Program-made: the position numbers and the translations under genes
Notes under the pieces: model-generated
Told to the model about the DNA's origin: nothing
Database searches by the model: none
The model's input: the letters and a program-made list of their open reading frames with translations, nothing else
In this document: one piece after another, positions 52,850 to 64,000 of the stretch
How the letters are laid out: each line of letters opens with the position of its first letter
Position numbering within the stretch: the stretch's first letter is position 1
Assembly (NCBI RefSeq): GCF_037042905.1
Contig: NC_087251.1
Coordinates: 27,282,001 to 27,346,000 of the forward strand
Source: Lytechinus pictus
Taxonomy: Eukaryota
Length of the DNA: 64,000 nt
Reading direction: 5' to 3'

Positions 52850-53246
52850 GATGAGTTACGCATTTGAAATCATCAAAACATAAGACGGGAAAGAAAAACG
52901 ATCTTAAGCGACACCATAGTAAAATCGCCATCGTTGTCAGAATGGAACTTTACTCCATTCACGGACGGTCATGCTCCAAAACTGATATAAGGTCATGTTT
53001 CAAAACCGATATAAAAACGATGGTTTACGGCGGGAATATGTTACCGAAGAAGATTAATTGATATTGGTGATTATATTGGCGACTAAAACTTATAAATTTT
53101 GTTGGTGAGTCTTACTAAATTTAATGAGTTTTTGTGACAGGACAGTGGTGAATCAGTGTCCACGGATACCCGAACCCGAAAAATGAAAACCGTTATCCGT
53201 CCACGCGGGCGGAAACCGTTCGGATATCCGTTTGGTGGCAGCACTA
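52850..53246. mobile_element. hAT-like terminal fragment
   Basis: CpG-rich patch with cggata/aaaccg repeats ending gtggcagcacta; partner end not found. Confidence 0.45.
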
Positions 53247-54385
53247 GTATGTATTTTATTTTGACCAGTGTTAAAAGGGTGCAAGATATTGAGAATGATT
53301 GAAGACAAATAAATTCCTTCTCTTAAATTTCTCTCTGAAGTTTGTTTCTACACAGTATATAAGAAATACCATTGGTTAAGCCTAAAAAAGAAAATAAATT
53401 CATTTGCATGTACATGTAATTATTGACCCAGCTGAAATGTGTATTCAGGGAAATAATGTCCTTTTGCAAACTCTTCAGTGATGTGATCATTTTAATTTGA
53501 AAGCCAGGAGACTGATAAAAAAAATTTCAAGGTCAGATACACCCTGTTATGATGAGAATCAATTCTAGTAATGAAATTACTGGGTAGGAAAGAGAGAGAG
53601 AGGGGGGGGGGGGTTCTTTGAATAGATCTCAAATGAATCTCCCCTTCCACTTTTAGGGGTGGCAACACATGAACTTTTAATCACTGTCATATGTAGATGT
53701 AGAGTCTGCATTGCGATTTCCCTTTTTTATATTCTTCTTTGTACATGTAGCAAATCTTTTGTCGTCTTTATGTACTGCACCAGGAAAGGTGATATTATTG
53801 GCAAAATAGCATAATATCTGAATATTCAAAATATTTCAAATGATATTCTTAGTGTCTTTTTCACACATATTGAAATATTCAAATAGTAACAAAATAGCAT
53901 AACATGAATATTTACAAATATTGAAATGATAACTGTGGTACTTGCTTTTAGTCAATACTGCCCATGGAAATTGTTTATGTAAATAAGATCAATTTCCAAA
54001 GAAAGTAGAATAGGTATTTAGGATTCCATAAGACATTGCTGATTCATTGATTTATAGACCTTTATTTTATGCATTCTTTCAACCATTGTATGTATCATAT
54101 TTTATGAAAATGTTGAACTATAGACTATTTTTAGGATCATGTAGTCCTGGAGGCGGCGATGACCTTTTTGATGACAGCATTGGGTATTGTATGTTCTATG
54201 GCATTTCAGAATTTCATTGGAATGATAGTTGACGATGTGCACTGGGAATACGCTGTATTTCGCATTTTTCTTTTTCACTCTTTTATCCATTTTGTCTCTC
54301 TCTCTTTTAAGGGGAAACCTCACTCTGCTCTCCGTATTGTCTTCATTGAAAGCAGAAAATGAAGAATAAAGCCTTGGGTTGTTAA

Positions 54386-54979
54386 AGGACAAGTCCACCC
54401 CAACAAAAAATTGATTTGAATAATAAGAGAAAAATCCAACAAGCATAACACTGAAGATTTCATCAAAATCGGATGTAAAATAAGAAAGTTATGACATTTT
54501 TATGTTTCGCTTAATTTCACAAAAAAGTTATATGCACATCTTGGTTGGTATGCAAATGAGGAGACTGATGACGTCATCCACTCACTATTTCTTTTGTATT
54601 TTATTATATGAAATATTCTAATTTTCTCATTGTCTAGTGAAACAATGATTAATTCCTCCCTGAACATGTGGAATTAGCATTGTTTAATATTATATGGTTC
54701 AGTCAAGTTGGTCCTTATTGTCAAATCTGTAAAAAATGAAACATTGTATAATTCAAACAATAAAAAACAAAAGAAATAGTGAGTGATGGACATCATCGAC
54801 TGACTCATTTGCATGTCACTGAGTTGTGCATATCACTGTTGTGTGAAAAACAAGCGAAACTTTAAAATGCCATAACTTTCTTATTCTACATCCGATTTTG
54901 ATGAAATTTTCAGTGTTATGCTAGTTTGATTTTTCTCTATTTATTAAAATCAACATTTTTGCTGGGGTGGACTTGACCT
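54386..54979. mobile_element. Kolobok-like MITE (TTAA TSD)
   Basis: TTAA|aggacaagtccacccc ... ggggtggacttgacct|TTAA. Confidence 0.9.
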
Positions 54980-55317
54980 TTAAAGATTCAATTTTGTAAT
55001 GTCACATGTTTAGCAGATCCCTCACTTGTCATGTGAATAAAAGTTCCATAAAATCATGTTGTCTCAATAACATTTGAAATGATTTTACTTGCAAATTCAT
55101 ATTTTCATACATGCTTCTATGATATTTTCAGTTGTAAGGAACCATAGAAAAATGGGATTTATGGAATTTATATTACATAAACACACATGTTTGAAACAGC
55201 CTTTGGCAGGTGACATTGCAAAATGAAAATGTTTAAATTCATTACTGTGGTATTACTGATGGATTTATGTCAAACCCTTCATTAATGTTTTCCCTCTTTT
55301 GGCTGTATGTTAAACCC

Positions 55318-56008
55318 AGGCCCCCTCACACCTAGCCGAATTGTCTGAAATATGCCTTGCGATGGCTGGCGAAAGGCATTTAAAAAAAAAAATCGTTTTC
55401 AATGGTAACTGATAATAAATCATATTACTCATCGTGTTTGGCTTCGTACACCTGAACTAACAGCTGCGATTATTCAAATTCGCGCGGAAATTTTGATTAT
55501 GTTTGAAATTTCTAGAAGAATTAAAAAAAATTTTGTCATCTGTTTGAATTCGCATCTCCTTTTTAGTCTGTGGTTATCGTTCGTTTATTGTTCATGTGTT
55601 ATTGTCGCGCATAGTCTCTCATCGCGCTTTTGCCAAAGTGGACGGATCTCGAAAGAACCCTTAATAAAGCAACACGATGACACAAACGTATAAGAATGCA
55701 CAATCTATTCCCTTGTCTTCGTTTCTAATCGCAAATTATCAAACCATTGCTCACTGTTCGTTGGTCTTTTGGGGTTTTATCAACCCTTCGCTCGCCTTCC
55801 GCTGCAATTTACTCAAAGAGGTGAACCGAAAAATTGATATCCTTACATGTCATATTCATCCTTCGCTTACCATTCGTTAATAAAATTTGACAATAGTTAC
55901 TGATCGCATGATTTGACGGAAATTTTATTTGAATTTGTTAAATTCACGTGCATTTTTCCCATTCGTCACCCTTCGTCCGCCTACATTCTGTCGGGTGTGA
56001 GGCGGCTT
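55318..56008. mobile_element. Harbinger-like MITE
   Basis: aggccccctcacacc ... ggtgtgaggcggct imperfect TIRs; CpG-rich interior. Confidence 0.6.
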
Positions 56009-59000
56009 TGAAAGGGAGAGTCTAGTTCACTTTTACCATTTCACTCTAAGCTTTGGTTAAATAAGAGAACAACATCTCCAGTGACTCCTCCCATCCTTCA
56101 AGTAAGTTCATGAATTAAGAAAGAAATAAAATAAAAGATTAGGAAATTGAAAACAAAATGAAATTAGAATTATGATACAATCAGATAATGAATTGAAGTA
56201 AGGTATAAAATGATCGACCAATTTAACACAAATAATTACAACCAAGGCAATAAAACAAGACAACTTTTCACATAGACATGCTTCTTTTTATGTATTGCAT
56301 TTTTTACTATGCCTGGGTCAAATTGGTTAGTCAGTTGGTGCCAAACCTGATATTGACACCGTATAATGGGATGATATCTGTTATATCTTGGTTAGATGTG
56401 TAAGTATTCATGTAAATATTGTTTCAAATTTTGGAATAATGTCAGTTCTTGTAGGAATGTAAAACTGTTACAAATTTGCATTCATTCATTTTTGGTGTAT
56501 TGTTCATGGCTAGAACAAAAAGAGCAAAATAAATATGACACTGAGCTCCTTTCATGCAACTGTTCAATATTCCACACTCAATCAAGCTAGAGTGATAGAA
56601 AGCAAAGCCTGCCCTCTCTTGTTGCAAATCAGCAATGCTCCCTTTTCACTTTAATTGAGTCCATGCATGCACAGGTATATAATGACAAGTCATGAATTAT
56701 TGGAAAGATGAATGATTGCCTGTCTAGCATTTGACTCTGGAGTGGCAAGTGGGAGGATACTGGTATCTAATTACAATACACAGGGAAAAAAAGGGAAAGA
56801 TTCATGGGCTCTGAGCGATGCCCTTGTTCTCCACTTTTGGTGGAATAATATATTGGGCAGTCAACTTTGAACTAAATTCATTAAAAAATATTCTCATCCG
56901 AAATTAGTGAACCCTGGTGAACCTTTGATGTGCTCTCCCTTTTGTGGATGGAAATGGAAATGTTTTTATCAAGTTAGGTGATACGAGGAGAATGATAGAG
57001 AGGGTGGAAGAAAGAGGGGATTGGAGATGGGGGTGGTGGAGATGAAAGAAAGGGGGAAGGAGAGAGATATATAAAAATGAATAGTAGGAGATACAAGACA
57101 GGCAATAGATGCACAGAATCAGATTTCAGTAATGTGTTATTCATGGTGGTATTCTATTGAAACAAGTGTCTGCAGAACAATCACTAACACTACTTGTTTC
57201 TTATGTAAAACTTTTTTCTTCCTTTTCATTTTAGCTTTGTTGCAATATTGGAATTGGAATTCAAATCTTACATGTATACCAGTGAAAGTGAATTAAGGCA
57301 CTAAGATAAGCTTGTCATATTACTAAATTTTTGTGTAAAAATTCCATGAAATGTGATTATGCTATTCCTCAAGCCATGTCACACCTCCCCCAATGCCTTA
57401 ACCTTAATGAGCAAAAAAAAAAGACCAGATGGCTGCAAATAAGAAGGCTGTGCAATGTGCCAAGTTCTGGCAAACTATCTGAAAGTTTTTTTGCACTTGT
57501 AGATGATAGCCTTGAAAGAAAAAGACCTTTACATCACATTTATGGTTGTATGGCTGGACAAGGTCTTGATGATCTGTTTGTGAGCTTTATGCACAAGTCA
57601 TTGGTGGGAATCTAGGAAAAGCTGCACGTCCCATCCGTAGGTACATGTAGATAGGTGTCCGTGAGGTGACAAAAGGAAAAAAGAGCTAGGTCAATTTATC
57701 CAGAATGTTGGTATCATGATTTACTTGTGTCATAATTGATCCTTGTTGCCCAGTTTGTGCGTGGAGGGTCAAGACTGATGTGCCAAGATAGATTCACTTA
57801 AGCATAGTGTGCTTGACTTTCTTTGATTACTTTTGTTTGTCATTGAACAATTCAGATCATTGGCATTGCATGTACAGTATTAAAATCAATATTCAAAGTA
57901 AAAGTACATGTAAGCATTAATTTTAAAGCCCTGATTGGAAAAAATATAACCACAGGAAAGTATCTTATACTGTGCAGATGGATATATGGAGAATATGTGG
58001 AAAATATAAGAGATGAAGAAAGAAACTGCTAAAAGAGAGCCTGTGCAAAGTGTGATTATCTGAGAAATGATATCTAAAGGACATCAGTGACAAGACTGAT
58101 CTGTAGTCAGGATGAAAGATTGATGATGGAAAATTAGATTATGCTCTTGAGTATTTATTCACTATCTTGAGCTGTAAATCCAGGCCTCATTTATTTAGCT
58201 ACAATAAACAGCATAATTTGCTTTTCTATTCCTGGAGACATTACAAGCTCTTCGCCAAAGAGATGAGCACTCCATGCCATCTGATGCCATAATACACAAC
58301 ATCAAAGAAATTCATCAATATTTCTGATGCGCATAAAAGTAGGGGAAAGTCCACATAAGAAACTCCCAATGACGTAAGTAGGTGGCTGGCAACAAAGATC
58401 AAAAATATCTCTTGATTGTAGTTTTGAAGCCTGCAGATGGTTCTTGCTTAATCTCTTGCCATTATTATATTCCTCAAAAGTTATTCATATATTCCAGGGT
58501 GAAAGAGAGATTAAGAAAAAGATCTATGAAATGAGCAAGACTTCATAACTTGTGTCTTACCAGGCATGTCTTAATTCTTCCCTGGTTTCAAGTAGATTTG
58601 TTAAGGTGCTCAATTCCATCAAAGAGATTTGGAAGAAATCTAGAAAAGTATAGAGAGTAAGAATATTCTGAACTCTGAAGTTAATTCGGGACAATGTACT
58701 GTACATTACGTCATAAAATGGAACAGGTCTGTTGGGCAAGCATTTTGAGAAGGAAAATTCTATCCTAACATTTAACTGATATTTACTATAAGTACTTTTT
58801 TTCTGAGTGTAGGGGCTGAGGAAAACCTCAGAAAGTAAAAACGATCCTTCTAATGCAACATTCCAACTTATTATTTACTACAAGCAATTTTTTTTATTTG
58901 GTGGACTGGGGAAAATCTCAGAGGGTAAAATTATCCTTCTCGTGTAACATTTCAACCGAGGTACATGTACATGCATTTACCAAAAGCAATTTTTTGTTCA

Positions 59001-62000
59001 GTTTTGTGTTTCGGGGGGGGGGGGAGCTGGAGCAATATCAGCAAGTAAAATCTACTCTTTTTAACGTTTCAAATGCTTTTTATTTGTTGTAGGGGGGGCA
59101 GGGGGGTATTGGGTGAGAATCTCAGAAGGTTTCTGTTTACCTTTCACATTTCCTGGACAAAGAAATCTCTTGACTCTCTTCACCACATACAGCTGCCTGC
59201 CGATATGAACACTGGATAATTATTGATTAAGATGGATTGGTGGTCTTTTGCTGTTTGCATTTCTTTACACCTCTGTGTCAACCAATGTTGTGCATGGGAT
59301 CGGATTACCTGCGTTATTGGAATTTTGCAATCATGTACAAACACAAAAGTGCCATTGTTCATGTACTTTCAAAAAAATGGAGGAGAAATTAAAATTATAT
59401 GGTACTTCACTGCAGGTGTCTGCATGGTGCTGTATTATATCAGACCCTTGTGTGATGTTGGTTAAAAAATCCAGACAAAGATTCTATGCTATATGATAGT
59501 AACAAAGATTCATATAGTAGAATGGTTATGGTGATGAAGTGATGGTTGAGAAAGGTATTTTTAAAGTATTATTTATATTGTTAACCTGACAAAATCCAGA
59601 CTGACATTTTACAATAAATTGTGTGATATAAAAAAAAAAAGAAATCAGTAAGTGAATAATGAGATCTTTACTTCAGATGTGAATATACTTCAATATCTGT
59701 CTTTAATTTATGGTAAGATTTAAGCTTACAATCAAGGTGAACTTTCTCTTTTCTCAAGGTTTGCAATTTGTAATAACAAAGAAAATAGTGTACATATAGC
59801 TGAATTTGAATTCAAACAGCAAACAGTTGATTAATGAAATACTAATTTGAACTGACAGTTCATTAAAAGAAGTTCAAACCACTTCAATTACTCAAGTTTT
59901 ACATGATTTTTGGGGTAAACAATTCAGTTTCATTAGATTAAAGAGAGTGTCTCTGTCACTTTAACTCAAAATATGTTAATGGCTCCGATTGATGTTAGAG
60001 GCTATATTTAGGTTCAGGTATACATCCATGTGGCTTATGAATATTCATGGTTTGTTAATCAATGTCACGTTCACCTTGTTCGCTAATGAGAAAGCAGTCT
60101 AATGAGCATCCCACGGTAAATACCTGATGACAAGAAAGCACACAGATTATCTTGTCCTGTAATTGCTGGCTAGCTGGGCTGGCCTCCCTCTCACAGCCAT
60201 TAGATAATTGTCTAGGTAAATTTGTCTTGATTCAAACGTCTAGGATAATGGACTCCGCATCTTGCGTTGGTTCAGTGACTAATCGTTCGACGGTTGTTGA
60301 GTTTATTATAGGTTATGCAAAATATAGTGTGTAGATATTGGTAGACGCAGCATTAATCATGATAATCGATGGTTGAGTAAACATGGCAACCTTGTTTTAA
60401 GTCTTTAGACACAATGTTCACCAGGAATCTCTAAATCTCCATTCAAACGACAGTGTTGATTGGGAGAGAGAGAGAGAGAGGGGGGGGGGAAGGGGTGGTG
60501 GAAGCAGAGGGGGAGAGAGGATGGGAGAGTGGGAAAATTAATTTCCAATCATTGGGAGGGGAGTAAATTTTGAAGGAGATGAGAAATGTCAATGGTGCAT
60601 TAATCAATGATGGTGGCAGCAGTTTATTAGCGTGGATGTAACGGTTGGCGTGCGGTAGGGAATCAGGGATTGGATGCTTTTCATCGCTGGGCAACTGTAA
60701 CTGCATGAGTGGCTGGACCAACTGTGCTCCAATATCGAGTCATATTTCTAGCTGAGCCACTCGTAGTGTAGAGGACTCTTATTTCTATTTTCCTTTTTGT
60801 TTTTAGCGAGAGGGAAATGAGCAGTGGGGAAACGGAGGATATCGGTAATAACAAACAATACACATGAGGTAATGATGGAGTGATGATTCTGGCGTCGAGC
60901 ATAAAGAGACGCCAGTTGCAGCAGGGGAAAAAAGTTGCGGTCGTGGAGATGGTGATGATAGCTGATGAGTATACAAGGGTCTGCGGTATGACACCTATCA
61001 TCCATCATGAATTGAGTTGCCAGAGCTCTCTTCCTTTAGGTGTTGAATGGCACATAGCTTGCCGTTATTAACACATGTTGTAATTTCACCTGCACCCCGG
61101 TATCCACCAGCTCTTCCCTTGTTGCGTTCTTCGATTGGATAAAGTGATGCTCTTTCACAGTGTTTTTAATTTGTCTACTGTGTGAATTTGTGTTTTCTGT
61201 CCCTTGTCTTGGTCTGCAATTGAATTTTGTTTTCATGGAAAGGACTCTGTGATACCTGAAGTAACATTGATTGAATGCCATAGGTCAAGAGATTGTTAAG
61301 TTGGTGCCGAGTGATCACCGAGTTAGGATCAGGAGCGATTGAAGCCTTTTTGAAGCCTTTTTCCTTGACCGTTTTCGGAGTGTCACACCCCCAAAAAATT
61401 TCCAACAGGAAGTCTATTAGAGATAATGTGCTCTTAAGAGGGGAGAGCAAAGTGCATTGATACCTACGATTTCATCACAAACAGGATATACAATTCTGAT
61501 GCCATCATCGCCTTGAAATTAGATTAGGAGAATCTAAAAGTTATCCCTCCTTTGATGCAGGCAGTGGAAATAGAATAGTGTTTATATGATTGCCGGTCTC
61601 TAGTGTTTTCCAACAGAAGTTACGCACATGACTTGCTCCGGGCAGACCGTCTTACATTAATAACTGAAATGAAGATGGAATGACAGAGTTCGCATAGTTC
61701 AGAAGGAACGATCCTCGGGGTATGTGTTTTTGAAGAGTCAATTTTAGTTGGCAGATGGGGCGACATGTTCGAAACAACGGCAACTCAAAGGGGTTGCCTC
61801 GTGTCTTTTAGTTCCGATATGTGGATGGTCGCCGAATATGCATGAGTCTCTGCCCTTTACAAGTGGAACACTATTTGAAGGGGGTCCCAACCCTGGCCCC
61901 ATGCCTTCCATTCTAATGTGAGTCTATTATTATACTCGTGCTGAAAATCATTAAGACTCATTGTGCTTTTTACTTGAGATCTGACATGTACAACTACACA

Positions 62001-62368
62001 AGCACTTGGATTAGACAAATCTGCCAATGGCTGTTTTGTGTGATATGATTTCATTGTATGGCTGCTTTAGCAGAAACTTAGAGCTTAGTAATCGATGGAA
62101 TATACCTTGGATAACATGCACTTTTTAATTATTGCTCCTCTTATGCATTCTTGACACAATTTACCCATGAAGCATGGAGTCGGATGTTGCCCATATATGA
62201 TAAGAAGAATATTTGTAACAACAGAGCAGTTACACAGTGCAGACTGATTCATTTTTTAGAATCTTTCCAAGTGCCTTATACAGCCGCACAACTGGAGAGT
62301 GTGGCTCTGTATTTTTTGATAGAAATTTATATATATATATTATAGAGTGTGGAATTTGTGAGCCAAAT

Positions 62369-62494
62369 ATGCCTGAGAATCAGACGAAAAATGGACGGGT
62401 ACCAAAGGGCGGAGAAAAGACAGGAGAAGGGGAAGGAGAAGAGCAAGCACAAGAACAGCAACAACTCAGCCCCATCGAACAACAGTCTTTAGAG
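62369..62494 (+). CDS. Candidate alternative first coding exon of the SNAP-25-like gene
   Basis: MPENQTKNGRVPKGGEKTGEGEGEEQAQEQQQLSPIEQQSLE; exon-like composition, acceptor tatag at 62345, phase-0 donor GAG|gtaaag. Confidence 0.5.
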
Positions 62495-63237
62495 GTAAAG
62501 TTAGGATCCATCTATGGGATGGGGATGGGGCTGGGGGGGGGGGCATATCAAATTTTAAAGATAGAAAAAAAAATCAGATCTGAAGGCTTGATGATCAAAA
62601 TTATTCTATTTGAATTTTCCTGATTTGGAGAAGCATCAGCTTTTCACTTATACCTTGTTAGTACCAATAATGTACCACATGACTGAATATAGCAATTTGT
62701 ATTATTACTGTTTCCTTTTTGCAGTGTTTTTTTAATAAGCTTGATGTCTCACAGTCAGTCAACCAGAAGAGAAAAGCCTTTAGTATTGCATTCACTAACA
62801 CAGCTTGCAAATGGACTGCTCTTCAGTGACAAGTTTTATGTCAGCCATACATGCCAAAACTTATTTGGCATTCAGTCTTAATAATGTGTCAGATGTATAA
62901 TAAGGAATCAGTGATGAGCAAAGGTGTTAAGGTGCTATATTAGGTATATTTATATTGTAAAATTCAGTAAGCTCTAATACAAACTCTTTTATCCTTTATT
63001 AACTGTTACTTGTCCATGTTCTCGTCCTTTCTTATGGGAATCTCCTCTTACATGTTTTCTGATAAGGTTTAATAAAACAAATTTTTAGAAAGTCTCCTAT
63101 TACTTCCATAAATGGACCATGTTAGGCATGTTTGACATTCAATATTTGTTTTTATTTTGTTGTCTTCAGTAGACTTGAACAGACCTTTTTTTTAAAAAAA
63201 AGCTTTATCCTGTTTATGAGTAATAAGGCAAATAATA

Positions 63238-63518
63238 TCAGCATGCTGAACACTGAGCATTTTTATTCATTATGTTATCTACATTTGGTGTGAGCACACC
63301 CTTTGAGAAAATTGAACTTGCGAAAAATGGGAAACAATGGCAGTTTGCCTAGCAGTGGGCATTTCATTTAGTCATTTGGTCTCTAGCAAATGTGAACACA
63401 CCTTGTGAGTAAAGTGTTATTCAGCGATGAATTTCAAGCTGAATAATGTCAGCATGCTGAACACTGAGCATTTTTATTCATTACGTTTTCTACAGTAGAT
63501 GTGAACACACCTCTTGAA
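63238..63518. repeat. Local direct repeat (about 65-70 bp, two copies)
   Basis: tcagcatgctgaacactgagcatttttattcatta at about 63238 and 63449. Confidence 0.8.
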
Positions 63519-64000
63519 AAAAAAATTATCTTCTTTTTGCTCACTTGCACATTTTCAGAAATCATGAATGTAACATTATACTCTATCTTCACCCTCTCAA
63601 ATATTGGTTCATTATGCTGCTGCCGTAAATAGAATGGAGAAAAAAAATGTGGAATTCGAGTGAAAAACACAAAGTCAGATATGATACATCCAAATGTCTG
63701 AAATGTAATTCACTATTCACATTTTGGTGATGATTGGATTTTTATGCAAGGAGGAAAGGGGAGAACTAGAAGTGGAGATGAAAAAAAACTGGGAAGGAAA
63801 CAGTGAAATGTCAGAGGAAATGGTAAGTGATCAGATACGTGACCTTGAAATGTTGACAAAGTATTATGAAGGCATATATAGGGTATACTACATCTCCAAC
63901 AATGCAAGAATAATGAATATAGTAATGACCCATAAACACTTCTCCAGCAAAAAGTGAACAAATGTAATTTTTTAGTCCAGCCATTTTGATATTGCCTGTG

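Overview
Eukaryotic, AT-rich, intron-rich animal genomic DNA, most likely echinoderm (sea-urchin-like SNAP-25 N-terminus). There is no prokaryotic system here. The window holds two divergently transcribed genes. On the minus strand is a ZNF106/Zfp106 orthologue: I reconstructed 10 coding exons (13895 down to 629, about 1272 codons) with consistent GT-AG sites and phases. They include two N-terminal U1/matrin-type C2H2 fingers, a long low-complexity exon and the ZNF106 coiled-coil, and the gene runs off the left edge. On the plus strand is a SNAP-25/SNAP-23 family gene, with its first coding exon at 41014-41091 and a candidate alternative first coding exon at 62369-62494; it runs off the right edge. 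A probable shared bidirectional promoter lies at about 15.8-16.1 kb, mirroring the head-to-head ZNF106-SNAP23 pair in human. The probable first SNAP intron contains two adjacent, multiply nested stacks of non-autonomous DNA transposons, TTAA (Kolobok-like) MITEs, a tandemly duplicated Helentron-like element and tRNA-derived SINEs. The 36-59 kb region is strongly enriched in the octamer TACATGTA. Coordinates were read by eye; homologies are from recall and need database confirmation.
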